A DNA stretch of 63,783 bases, the filler included, from Bipalium vagum (lineage: Eukaryota), in assembly GCA_037834085.1 (NCBI GenBank). It is 3 parts of 3 records of this genome, joined end to end, with 100 filler letters (N's around TTAATTAATTAA, not from the genome) between each part and the next. Parts side by side here need not be neighbours in the genome. Positions count along the whole stretch, not along the records: positions 19,839 to 41,272 come from JBBMKC010237675.1; 2 more parts are not named here. The stretch is one strand, 5' to 3'. Shown piece by piece: positions 27,109 to 39,082 of this stretch. Made by a program: the position numbers and the translations under genes. Position 1 is the stretch's first letter; each line of letters begins with the position of its first letter. Under the pieces are notes generated by a model that had not been told where the DNA came from, did no database searches, and saw nothing but the letters and a program-made list of their open reading frames with translations.

Positions 27109-27565
27109 TGGCGACCACACCAGCAGACCCGCTAGTGGAAAGACTTCTTCCAAAAATGTTGAACTGTTCCGATGATCTGGAAGTATTTATCAACCAATGC
27201 CACCGATATTTCGATGTTTTGAACAAGTCCAAGAAAATGCGAGAAACTCTTATCTATGCGATGATCGAAGAAGACATGATCAGGGAATACGAAAGAACAG
27301 CAAATCTGACGGATTGCTTCGACGCTCGATTACGTCAGGCGTTTGCCAAAGAAAAGGATGTGGTTACAGACTTGGAAGAATTTCTACAATACCGAAGAGG
27401 TTCAGAGAGCATCCAGACTTTCTTTCAAAGGGTCAAACAGAAGGTCAAAAAAGTGAAGGAACATTAAGCTAACAGAAGAGGAGTTAGTTAAAAAATGATT
27501 TTACATTGCATAAGCAACGACAACATCAGCAGAGAGGCTGAAATGCGTGAAATGCGTGAAATGAA
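27108..27565 (+). pseudogene. Gypsy gag-like ORF, N-terminal part, decayed
   Basis: MATTPADPLVERLLPK...DDLEVFINQCHRYFD...YRRGSESIQTFFQRV (major-homology-region-like). The ATG overlaps the LTR end and PBS; stop at 27465-27467. Confidence 0.7.
27109..27123 (+). promoter_or_regulatory. Primer-binding site
   Basis: tggcgaccacaccag directly after the LTR-terminal CA. TGGCGACC is a common gypsy PBS start, consistent with a tRNA-Arg-type primer. Confidence 0.7.
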
Positions 27566-28238
27566 GACCGTTGAGGAAGCTGGATTTTCCCACCGTGAGA
27601 TTGCACACTGGCTGTATAAGTAAAACTGTAGCATATTGGTGGAATAGATGGCAAGAAACTTAGAGTTTTCAAGGTAAAGAAGATCGAAGGCAACAGTCTG
27701 TATATTCATCGCATGAACAGAAAAATTTGCTTTTTTATTTGGCAATTTCGATTTAAGTCTTACAGAGTTTAAAGATAACAGGACCTACCTTTACAAAGTC
27801 TATCTTTTAATAGTTAACAGCACCGTGTCAAGCAGTTAGGATTTCGTTCATTTCGGCAGATTGTCAGAATTCCATCGAATTGTAAATTTCAAATTATTGT
27901 GCTTTTTTAATCATTTTTCTAAGTGGGGATATAACTTTGGCACACAGTTGATCAAATAAATAAATATAATATATATAAGTTTTAATAGCCAATATAATAA
28001 GTAATTGATTTAAATAGTGATTATGTCTGGAATAAAAAAATTACAGGATCATATGGTCATCTGAAAATTTGATGATTTAACTAAATTTAAAACTAATTCA
28101 TCAGTTATAAAAACTGAGAGCAATATTCGTGTACTTTGAGTGGGACATGTAATTTTTATTTAGCTAATATATAATACACAAATTTGTTTTAAATAAGCAA
28201 TATTTTATGCGGAAAATTAATATTATATCTTATTTAAA

Positions 28239-31200
28239 ATGGAAAATAAAACCGTTCGGCCAACAAAAATCAAATGTCAGACGAGATTTGCTTGTAAAGA
28301 TGAATACTCTTCATTTTCTTGTGAGCAGTGTAAACTGCTTTTTTGCCTAAAATGTGTGTCTAGACATGATTCTCATAAATACACAAAATTAAAAACAATT
28401 TCGGAGGATGAAATATGTGAAAGCAATTGCAAAAATACATTACCAAATATGGCGGATTTAATATGTAATATTTGTAGCATTCGATATTGCTGGAAATGTT
28501 TCAGAGAGTTCGATAAAGTTCACTTTTCTAAGAAGGATTATTTCATTTTTGAAAAAGGTAAATTTATACTAATAATCAATTTCAAATAATCAATTATTTT
28601 TTGATAATCTTTATCTTTATATTCAGAAGTCGATGGGCCATTTTTTTCGGTAAAGCTAGAATGTATTCCTCCAAAAACAATGATATTTGACGAATTTGAA
28701 AATTTTAAGGTCAGTTAATTTTTATATTTAAAAGTATCGGTTATAAAAAATAGATAATAAATAAATATTATTTTTGGAAATTGATATATTAAATTAATGA
28801 TTTTTTCGATTTTTCTTATTTTTACTTCGAAAGATCTTGAGTTAACTAAATATCTTTAACAACTCGTGTCAATTCTAAACAAATAATTTTTATTTAGTTT
28901 TGTGTATTTTTCCAATAATCAAAGAATTTTCGATTTAAAACTCAAAGAACAATTGTATTTATTTTATTATAACTATAAATAATCGATAATTTAAAAAAAA
29001 TTTAATTTAATTTTTTGGTAAACTGATATATTATATTTAATAATTTTCAGTTTTCATCAGCAGTAGAATTAACAGACTTGTTAAAAGTTTCGCCATCTGA
29101 AAAGTTTTTGGTTATATCCATCATTGGACGTACAGGAGATGGGAAATCACATTGCTTAAACAAGACATTTTTTAATGGTGTCGAGGTGTTCAAAACGGAC
29201 CCTGGTCAGTCTCGTTGTACGGTCGGAGCTTGGGTGGCCATAGCAAAAGCACAAGGCTATATGCTAATTGATACTGAAGGCTTGCAAGGAGAATCCACAA
29301 ATCCAGGTCAACAAAAAAGACTACTGATGAAAATTTTAGCGGTTTCCGATCTTGTTATTTATAGAACAAAAGATAGTCGACTTAATCAAGAAATATTTGA
29401 TTTTATCGGAGATTCTTTTGTGACATTTGACAAATATTTTCGTGCTAAATTGGAGAAAAAGGCAGAAGATTATCAGTGTAAGCCGGAAATGTTGGCTCCC
29501 GCTTTTTTATTGGTGCATTCAGTCGATCATACCAATATCCCTGAAGATCAAAGTGGGCCTTATTATTGAATTAATTTGACTTAAGACTGATGCTAGAATT
29601 TATTATTGAAAGAATTAGAAAAAGCAAGAAAAATGTTGTGATATCAATTTCAAACATTTTATATGAAGGATTCAAATCAACAGATAACTCTTCAGATGAT
29701 TTAATTGATTATAAGGTACTACATATTGTTGTTTAAAAGTATTTCTCGTTTTAATTTAATTTGTTAAACCTAAATAACACAATTGGTGTGATGTCATTGC
29801 AGATCTGTAATTTTCATTAATAAATTTTGACAATGAATATTGACCCTTTACAACCGTTTCCACAAAGACTTCAGAAAAGACAAAAAAAATAAATAATAAT
29901 AATAATAATAAATTATATATATGAATTTTGTGGGGAAAATTATCTATTTCAAATCTGGTATGTGATATGGTCAATTTAATTCTAACATCAATAAAAATGT
30001 AAAAATCATTATATGAAAAATATTTATTGTAGAAGCTGGAAACCCGCATTAAAGACATTTTCAAAGATGTTGTTATTCGAGCTCCTCGCACTTGCGAATT
30101 TATCTTCAATTGTATGACTATGCTTAATCAGATCTTTAATAGTAATATCGAATCGAAACCGGACTCGTTTTTTCCCGATGAATATTTCTCTTGCATAATC
30201 AAATGTGAATCTTGTGGAGTAAAATGTGAATTATCCATGAATCACGATGGTAGGCACAAAAATATTTCAAGTTGTAAACTGAAACATAAATTACAGAATT
30301 ATGTTTATTTGTGCAAGGCATGATATTATTATTTTAGACAATTTGTTTCATTACTTTCTAGGCTTGTTCTCACAGTACACAAGGACCAGAAAGGTTTCTG
30401 GTTCCAAAACCAATTTCCAGTGGTGAATCGCCATTGTCTGGGGCTCTCAGCTACTTGTGGAGAGGTGTAATTATTGAATGTGAAAAATGCGGAATATTGT
30501 ATAAATCTCGAGAGCACTGGTATGGTAATAGCTCACCAGATAACCATCCAAAATTGATCCAGAAAATTATTCACTTTTGGCCTGGTGATCAGTCTCTCAT
30601 TTCAGTGAGAAAGTGTTTTGTTTTATGGGTTTAGTCGCAGATTTTCAGTTATTATTTTTAAGATTCTATCATTTGTTCAATTTTTACAAAAAAATTATGA
30701 AATGAAATTAGCAGAAAATCATATTGTAATTACAGATCATTGTATTTTTCAGAGAGAAACTTTCCGAGAACTTTTTCATCCAATCACATATAAATATTAT
30801 TTTATTTTTCATTCAGCATTAATTTTATATAATATATATCTCAATCGAATTTTTAATTTTTTATAATATGAGAAGGATGGTACTCACATTGAAATGTAAA
30901 CTTTTTAAATTCAAAAGTTTTTAAAATATAATTTATTACTTAATTTAAAGTTAATAATTAATCGTTGTTTATAAATCAAATTAATCAATATTATTTTTAT
31001 TTAATCGAACTATAATATAAAAGACAATAATTCGATTAATTAAAAATAATATTGATTACTTTGAACTATAAATAAGAATATTATCTAATACTAATTGAAA
31101 TTATTAAAACGTCATTGACCTTTATTTTAAAATATTTTGCATTGTTTCTATTTACTCTCAATACCAAAATTCAGTTATCTTAAGATTCTTTTTTATGGTA

Positions 31201-34200
31201 ATATACACTACCCGACAAAGTTTTTCCACCACGATTTTATTTTTTTTTTAAATTATATATTTTTAAACTTGTGTTGTGAAAATTTTTTTTACACCGACAC
31301 TTTACAGATTCAGATCGTCAATAATTACAAATATTTCCATTTCTTTTGATAACATCCATTAGTTGTTTGGAAATGTTTAAAAACATACTTCGAGAACACC
31401 TTTCTTATTCTTTTGAAGATCTTTAGAGGCACAAATAACAGCCTTCCACAACTCATCTTTCGAATGTAATTGCGGTCCATCATAAACTTTTTCAGAGCTT
31501 AAATGCCAGACATGTTCTATTATGTTTAAGTCTGGACTTCTTGATGGCCAAGATAAGAATTTAATCTTTTTAGATTTTATAAATTCTGTAACTGCGAAAT
31601 GTGTGTGCAGGAGCTCCGTCTTGCATGAATAAAAACTTTCTATAAATGCATTTTAGTATGGGAAATAATTCATTTAGAATATGTGTGTTTGTCGCCATTT
31701 ACATTTCCTTCAACTCTTACTAGTCGTAAGTACCCATCGCATACCAAGGCTCCGTGAACCATAATTTACCCTCCACCCATCTGTCGTTTATTTCGAATAC
31801 TTTTCTCACTATCAAAGGGACATTATAAAATTTTTTTTTGGTGAAAATGACTTCCTGTAAACAAATTCCTTGGTCACTCCATTCCTGAATGTTCATTCTT
31901 TATGTTCATTTGAGAGAACAATATTCTGGTTTAAATTATTGTACCTAAGTCTGCAGCTTGATTTGAATTTTCCTTAATGAACATTTCAGCGTTGTTTTAA
32001 TTCTAATTTTTGTAGATGTAATTCTTGCTTTTTCTTAATCAGTCTCACGGTTTCAACAATTAATTTTTTCCTATAAGGGAAGATCTACCAACTGCTACAT
32101 TTGTCCTGTGATACACACGGGATATGATTTTTGCTGCTGTGTAGACTTCCCTATTTTCATTATTCGTGAAATGTCATTGTACGACTTACCTTCATTGTGA
32201 TCTCCATAACAAATTTTCTAATACTTTGGGAATATTTACATATTATTTATCTGAAATAAGATAATAATCATAATAATAATAATAAGATAGTAATAAGTTA
32301 ATAAATAATCATTTTAAGATTAACATTTAAAAGTAATATTGAAACAAATAAAGATATATATAATAACTTTTTAACAAATAAATTTATGGTCTCAAATCCT
32401 TATTATTCTTATTGAATTTTACTAATATCGGAGTCGGAAAAATTTTGTCGGGTCGCACATGATTTGAAAATGCTGAATTTTGATGAAATATAAGAAATAA
32501 AACAATTAAGAAATACTTATGAGCGATGCAGTCCAAAGAAAAAAATATTTTAAAGAATTATTGAAACAACCGAAATTGGCGAATCTTCCCAAGAAAGATG
32601 ATTTTTCAACATTTCATGAAAGGAAAATACATGAGATTTCTTATATTAAATTTTTTATTATTTATTATTAATATTAAATTTCTACAGTTTCAACTAGTAA
32701 TAATAATGTTTTCTTTTTGCAGTCTGTACATCCCATCGGTCAGCGATGCATCGAATCAGTTTCCGATATATCAAATGAAATTGCAAAGTGGAGTAATCCC
32801 ACCCTCAAAGTCGTGAAAGACACAATAGTTGATGCCTACTTGCCTGAAGGTATGCAGCGAAATTCCGAAATAACCAACTGTGGTGCTTGTGACAGAGAGA
32901 TTGATACCCTCATCCACCCAGTTCATCACTGTCGACAATGTGCAAAAGGCGTTTGTGATAAATGTTCAAATTATTTCCTTGAGTTTCCTAAGCACGGAAA
33001 GCAACGTGTTTGTTTCAAGTATGAATATAAATATTAATGAATAATTTCTATTTCATTTTTAATTGGTTAATTATTCATAATATAGTTAATAATTAAAACA
33101 ATTTTTTAATTTCATTTTGGTAGTATGAATAACCATATCGATTTCAGAATAATCGAAGGAATTTCTAAATATAAAAATGTTAGAACTAAAATATGTACTC
33201 AAAATATTATTGGTTCACTGAGAATTCAATAATTCTGTCATTTTCATTTATTATAGTACTTATACAGATTATACTAAATTCTTATTAATCTTAATTTTTC
33301 TTCAAAATGTTAAGAGAAATGTAATGTATCCATGTAAATTAAGATTTTAAATATGCGTGATACATATTCTAAGCACCTGGACTATTTATGAAAAGCCACA
33401 CTCGGACAACCAGTTTTAACAAAAATGTATAACTAGAATATATACATTTAATTTTCAATATAACTGCCGTACTTCGAGATACAATTCACTCACCGATGCA
33501 CGAGTTCCGAAAACGCACCTTGTTAGAAATTATTTTTACGCTCTGAAAGAAATTTCAGCACCGCCTCCTTCAACTGATTTGAATTGTTAGGTCACAGTAT
33601 AAAGCAATGTTTTTGTCAACAAAATTTACTTTTATGGGCCCAATCCCAAAATATAGTAAGCATCTAAGCTTGCCGGTGAGACAAACCAGTTCTCAATTTT
33701 CGTGGAACTCTCTCTGATTTGAGTCTCTATTCAAGAGAATTTCGTTTACTCGCAGGTATATAGAGGCTTAGACAGTCACAATGTTCTTGAGAAACTGTTT
33801 GTTCAATTCTTTCCACAAGTCCGTTTTGTTTTGCCCACAGTATAGGTTATCCTCACAATCTCAGTAGTGAGGAAACGTCGGACAAATCGAGATGACAACT
33901 AACGAATTTCGAGATAGGACAATGTTTCTTGCGTTTTGTACCAGTTAATGTTAAGCCTATTGATCCGCTCCTTGATGATCATTCTTTGTTCGTTTTTGAA
34001 CAGTTGCTCGCATCGTTTCTTTAAATTTTTTTCATTAATTTGTATAGGACGACCTTTTCTACCACGGTGAAACTCGGAAATCCAATAAGAAATATTTATT
34101 TTTGAAAGACATTTACCTCCGTACTTAACATATGCATTTTGAATCAGCACAAACACACTTCTATATAAGAATAAAGAATGAAATTAACCAATTATTTTTA

Positions 34201-37164
34201 GTACAGTTATCTTTGGTTAGTATACTGATATAGTTGAACTATTGATTTCAATCGGCTATTCAAATTAACTATTATGAAGTTAAATGAAGAAAAAACGTCG
34301 TGATTTGATTTGGTTTTTTATCAAAGAAATAGCGACTGGTATACAGCAATATTTTCATGCATTTTGAATCTCTGGGTTTCAGACGTAGAACTGTTTATAG
34401 TGTCTTAAGTAGACTGGAGAATGATGAGCGCGTTAAAAGAAAATTAGCTGGAGGTATATATGCTATCCTTAAGGATACAAAACAGTGTCAAAGATTAAAA
34501 AAATATAACTGTAAATGAGTTGCTAAGTCCTGCAGGGAACTTGGCACGAAATTTCATTAAACTGGAAAAACTTTTAAGAAATACTTATGAGAGATGCAGA
34601 TTCAAAGAAATTTACGAAAGACGAACTTGCAGCAAGAACAGATTTAAAAACAACGGTTGAAGAAGTTAGTGAAAAATAGTTTTGCGACAAAAAATAATGT
34701 ACGTTGCATCATGAATGATGAGAGCTCTTTCACCCTGAATGACAACGAGAGATAGGATACTGACTAATATGATCATTTTCAATGAAACTGCTGACGAAGT
34801 AAAATTTATCGAACACACCAAGTTTCCATCAAAGATGTGATTCGACATTTCAAAGAAAGGAATGTCGACCTTCAATTTTGCGAGTCTGGTCAAGCAATGA
34901 ATGCTGAGCGCTACCGAACATTTTGCTTGCCAAAATTTGCAGATTTCATCACAAAATACCACCAAAGTGAAAATATTGTGTGTTAGTAACATTTATATCA
35001 GTTGATAAGTTATCAAGAGTCATTTTGAAAATTATCTATTTTAATATAACAATTATTCAAACAAATTAATTTAAATAATAAATATTTAAACTAATTAAAT
35101 TATTTAAAACATTTTAATCCTCACATTGTGTTTTGGCCAGAGCTTGCTTCAGAACATTACGCTAAAGAGAGTTTATCAGAAATGGAGAGCATAAAAATTC
35201 CATACGTTCTTAAAGAATAAAATCTACTAAACATTCCTCAAATACGTCCAATCGAGGATTTTTGGGCAAAATTGAAACAAAAGTATATGCCAATTATTCT
35301 CGACCAAAAACAATTCAATGCTAACAGAGAAGAATCAAATCTGTGCGGTAGCCATGAAGAAACTACATAAAAGTTGTACGAAAACTAATCTATATGGAGT
35401 TAACTCTTTTATACAGTGAAATGTCAGTTTTAGTTTTGCTATAAAACTTACAATTTGTTAGAATATAGTTCTTCGTGTTTTCATTTTTCTATTGGAACTT
35501 TGTGCAGATTCAAAAATGCACATGTTATCAGATAATGGGTTGTGAATATTGTCCTTCAATTTTCCACGCAAGGCGAGAAATTTGATGACGCTTCTATATT
35601 CGATTGAATCCATCATTTTTTAATTCACGCACTTATTTACTACCAAAGAAATGATAAATAAATCTCCTTTTCATTACCGATATAAATTGTGCTTTCAAAT
35701 ATAATCAATTCGTCAATTTCCGTTATATTTTGGGTATTTAGGATACGCATCATGTATTTCAGTTGTATTATTTTTGAAAGTAATTGTTAATTTTAAATTT
35801 CTTGCCACATTTCTTAAAATGAAGAATTGTTTTCTCCAATTACTCTTTCCTCTGATATTTACATCTTATTATCTCATTTTTCATTACCACATTTACAGGT
35901 ATATAATACACACGCTTTTTTTCAAATTTATTTCGTATTAGAAAATTATTGTATTAACATCGGTTATCAGAAACTTTGGTCAACATCTCTCTATCGATTA
36001 TGGGAAATCGGAAAAATATATGTAAAATAAAATTTAACTACAGCCCAACCTTATGTTTTTGACGTTTCATCATCTTCTGTTTGATCATATTAATTGTTCC
36101 CGTTACTTGTATTTTATTCTAAAACTAATTTTCTGTCTGAAATACCTTTGTTTAATTTTTTTGTTATTCCATATACGTTTCCAAGTTACCTTTCGACATA
36201 ATTTGAAATCTTGGTTATTTAATAATGGGTAAACGTGGGTAATTTTTTATTCGTTAAAATGACAATACTTAAAACCACCCTGTAAAATGATTTACACTTG
36301 TCCTTCATATCAATATTTTATTTAGGAAAATCGAAATCTGTAAGTAAAGCCCAAAAAAGTGAATTTCTCTCATATAATAAAGTTCTCTTTGACAGAAGGA
36401 ATATCCCAACACGAGGTTACACTGTATTTGATGCTTTTAAATATAGGCTTCTTATGATAAAGTCGATAATCTATTTACCTGTTTCTAAAGTTTGATAAAA
36501 ATCATATAAAACTTTCAGGTAATAACGTTATTTTATAAAATTAATTAACTTGGAAATAATTTTCTTAATCGTTATTTTTAAAAATAATCAATAAGAATAT
36601 AGATAATCAGATAACAAATAATCAAAGATCTCAATCAATTATTTTGAATTGTAAATTTAATTTTTTCTAATCTAATAATAACATGTTGCACAAAATTTTT
36701 TGAAATGAAATTAATTGAAGATTTCAAAATAGGTGTTGTGAAGAATCTAAAAAAGAAAACTTCAAGAAAAATATTTTACCCGACGAATCTCCATCATTTC
36801 AGATATTTAAATATGCCACAAAGACTTCAACTATTTTGGGAACTCTGGCTAAAGCTCCACTATGTATGATTTATTTTAATTATTATAACTTGCTATTTTT
36901 CATTTATTAAAATAAGCTGTTGCCAAAATGGTAGCTCAGCCTTCATATTGGCAATCAGATTGCGACTGTGGAAAATGTCCAATATGTGAGAGAGATTTTG
37001 ATGTAAATTGGCTTCCGATTCATCATTGTCGTTCTTGTGGCAAAGGAGTTTGTGATTCATGCTCACAAGCAAGGGTACCTGTTCCATTCAGAGGTATTGA
37101 TAATCCTCAACGAGTCTGTAATCTTTGCTTTAAACACAAAAAATATGAATTACCTTCAGAATAG
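28239..37164 (+). CDS. ZFYVE1: Zinc finger FYVE domain-containing protein 1 (DFCP1); exons 28239-28557, 28627-28709, 29051-29552, 29597-29715, 30033-30317, 30362-30604, 32723-33018, 36733-36863, 36917-37164
   Basis: N-terminal B-box-like Cys/His region; P-loop SIIGRTGDGKSHCLN; LIDTEGL; RLLMKILAVSDLVIYRT; SFFPDEYFSC; IECEKCGILYKSREHWYGN; two FYVE fingers (HHCR..C..C, RVC). All splice phases are compatible. Confidence 0.95.
31290..32250 (-). mobile_element. Tc1-like transposon remnant in ZFYVE1 intron
   Basis: FMQDGAPAH and WPSRSPDLNIIEHVW on the minus strand. Confidence 0.85.
33350..34200 (-). mobile_element. Mariner remnant in ZFYVE1 intron
   Basis: YGGKCLSKINISYWISEFHRGRKGRP (HTH region) with a decayed downstream portion. 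Confidence 0.65.
34540..35420 (+). mobile_element. Tc1/ITm DD37E-type transposon remnant, interrupted by a solo LTR
   Basis: CIMNDESSFTL, FWPELASEHYAKE and NIPQIRPIEDFWAKLKQK motifs. Confidence 0.75.
34981..35125 (-). mobile_element. 145-bp solo LTR with 5-bp target-site duplication
   Basis: ttgtg|TGTTAG...CTCACA|ttgtg. Removing the element and one TSD restores ENIVFWPELAS. Confidence 0.8.
35560..36285 (-). mobile_element. Tc1-like 5' fragment
   Basis: Terminus ta-cagggtggttttaagtattgtc (minus strand) and a decayed HTH region. Confidence 0.45.
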
Positions 37165-37840
37165 TGCCTGTTTGGTTATTTGTTGTAATAATATCAAAGG
37201 TATTACTATGCGTTGCTTACTCAGGTTATCTGAGTTTTCATAAAAATGACAATTTTCTTCTGATTAAAAATTGAACAACTATATTTTTATTTTAAAAAAA
37301 TGTTGAAACAGAACTCATTTTGTATCTCCTTTTAACAAATATCCATGACCATTTATTAATATTTAGTTTCAAGAGAACAGCATATTGAACTATTATTGTT
37401 ATTTGGAGATGTTAATAAATAAAAAACAAAAAAACAGTTTTTTTAATAATAATAATAAGAGTAATTGTCATTTTAAGTGGATGACATTGTTTTATTTAAA
37501 GATTTTCTTAAGCATATTAAAGATTGACGATGTGTAAGATTATCGGAGCTAATTTATCTGAAGAGATATGTTCACAATGTAACCAAAATTAAAATTATCG
37601 TTTTTAATCATTAACTATGTGACGACTGATAATATTAATTGCAGATTTTGTGGATGTAAAAGAATTATCAATCCAAAATTCCAAGAAATTCAAAAAAATT
37701 ATCAACATATGAAATAAAAGGTCGAATAAAATAACATGAGTAAGTAAAAATAGGTTTATCTATGGGATGTAAATAAAAAGTCCTTACAGAAATAACATTA
37801 AGAAGTCCATGACATTTTTTACTTCAAACAATTAGATCAT

Positions 37841-38720
37841 GCGTAGGTCAGTCGAATAGTTTCCGGAATGACACAAACAGTATATATTTATTATAATAAT
37901 TAACATCATTATTTTTCGAAGTATACACTTTGGCATTTTGTCAAGCCAGTCATTGAAACATTTATTCCAACCCGAAGTCGGTATGTCGGGACATGAAAAC
38001 GAAATTTTTTATGGAACCAAATGTGAAGAAGTCATTTGATGCAAAATCAGGACTATGAGATGCATGGCTTAATAATTCAAAATTTTGAGTTCTTAAAAAA
38101 TCGATTGCTTTCTGGGCCGTGTGCCAGATGTATAATGGAGCGTTTCGATTTGTTTTTTCTCCAATCTTTGAGGTCTTCAGACAAGCAAACTGGTATACCA
38201 ATTCGAAGTAACTGTGCGACGATCATCTGAAAGAATGATATCGACATGACATGATTTGGCTATGAAATAGGCAATCATTTACTTGGAGGTGTTTGGGGAC
38301 CAAATAATTTTCGTTGGTAATTTTTCTCTGTGAAACACCCAAACATTTGATATCTTTGTTTTTGATTCATAAGAGTATATCCATGATTCATCATCACTCA
38401 CAATGTCGTAAACATGTTTTTAGGATACCTTAAATTTATTGACCGTAGGTTTGAGCCAATTAAAGCGATTTCTTTGATCAATTGTAAGGATATGCGGTAT
38501 CCAACTAGAATATAGATTATAGAAACCCAGGTGCTTATGTAAAATAAAATGTATTGAAGTCCGAGATATTTCCAATGATGTCTGAATTTCATCATATTCT
38601 GTCTGAGCTTAGATGATCGAGACACTGTTGTTGTGTCAATCCGCATCGGAAATCATATAAAATCATGGATCGAAAGTTTTCCATTGATAAATCCATATTT
38701 CCCGCTTTGTATGCCATATT
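37841..38720 (-). mobile_element. Mariner remnant
   Basis: MDLSMENFRSMILYDFRCGLTQQQCLD, DESWIYSYE and FELLSHASHSPDFASNDFFTF. Confidence 0.88.
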
Positions 38721-39082
38721 TAAATACAAATATTTATTTTTAAAAATGCAATTTTTATTATTAGCTAAAAGTATTAAGATAACGTCTTTTATGATTATTT
38801 TTTTTAATATACAGACATGAAAAGTACTGTTCGTATTAGTAATAAACAAGATCAATTTCAAAAATATTATCATTTTTTCAAATTTTACAGTTTTGAATCA
38901 GAAATATAACCCAAAAACAAGAAAAATGAAAAATTTACTATTTTTAAAATTTCGCTTAGTGCAATAAATGGGTCATTTTAATTAATTTTAAAAAAATTAC
39001 CCCTCCAACTCAAATTTAATTTTAAATTATAATTTCTTTTGATAGTTAAGCTCATTCCCAAAACTTCTTTTTTGTTAATGTC

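Noticed and set aside
36931-36941. gtagctcagcc resembling a tRNA A-box
   Set aside because: Lies inside the last ZFYVE1 exon (VAQP) with no other tRNA features.
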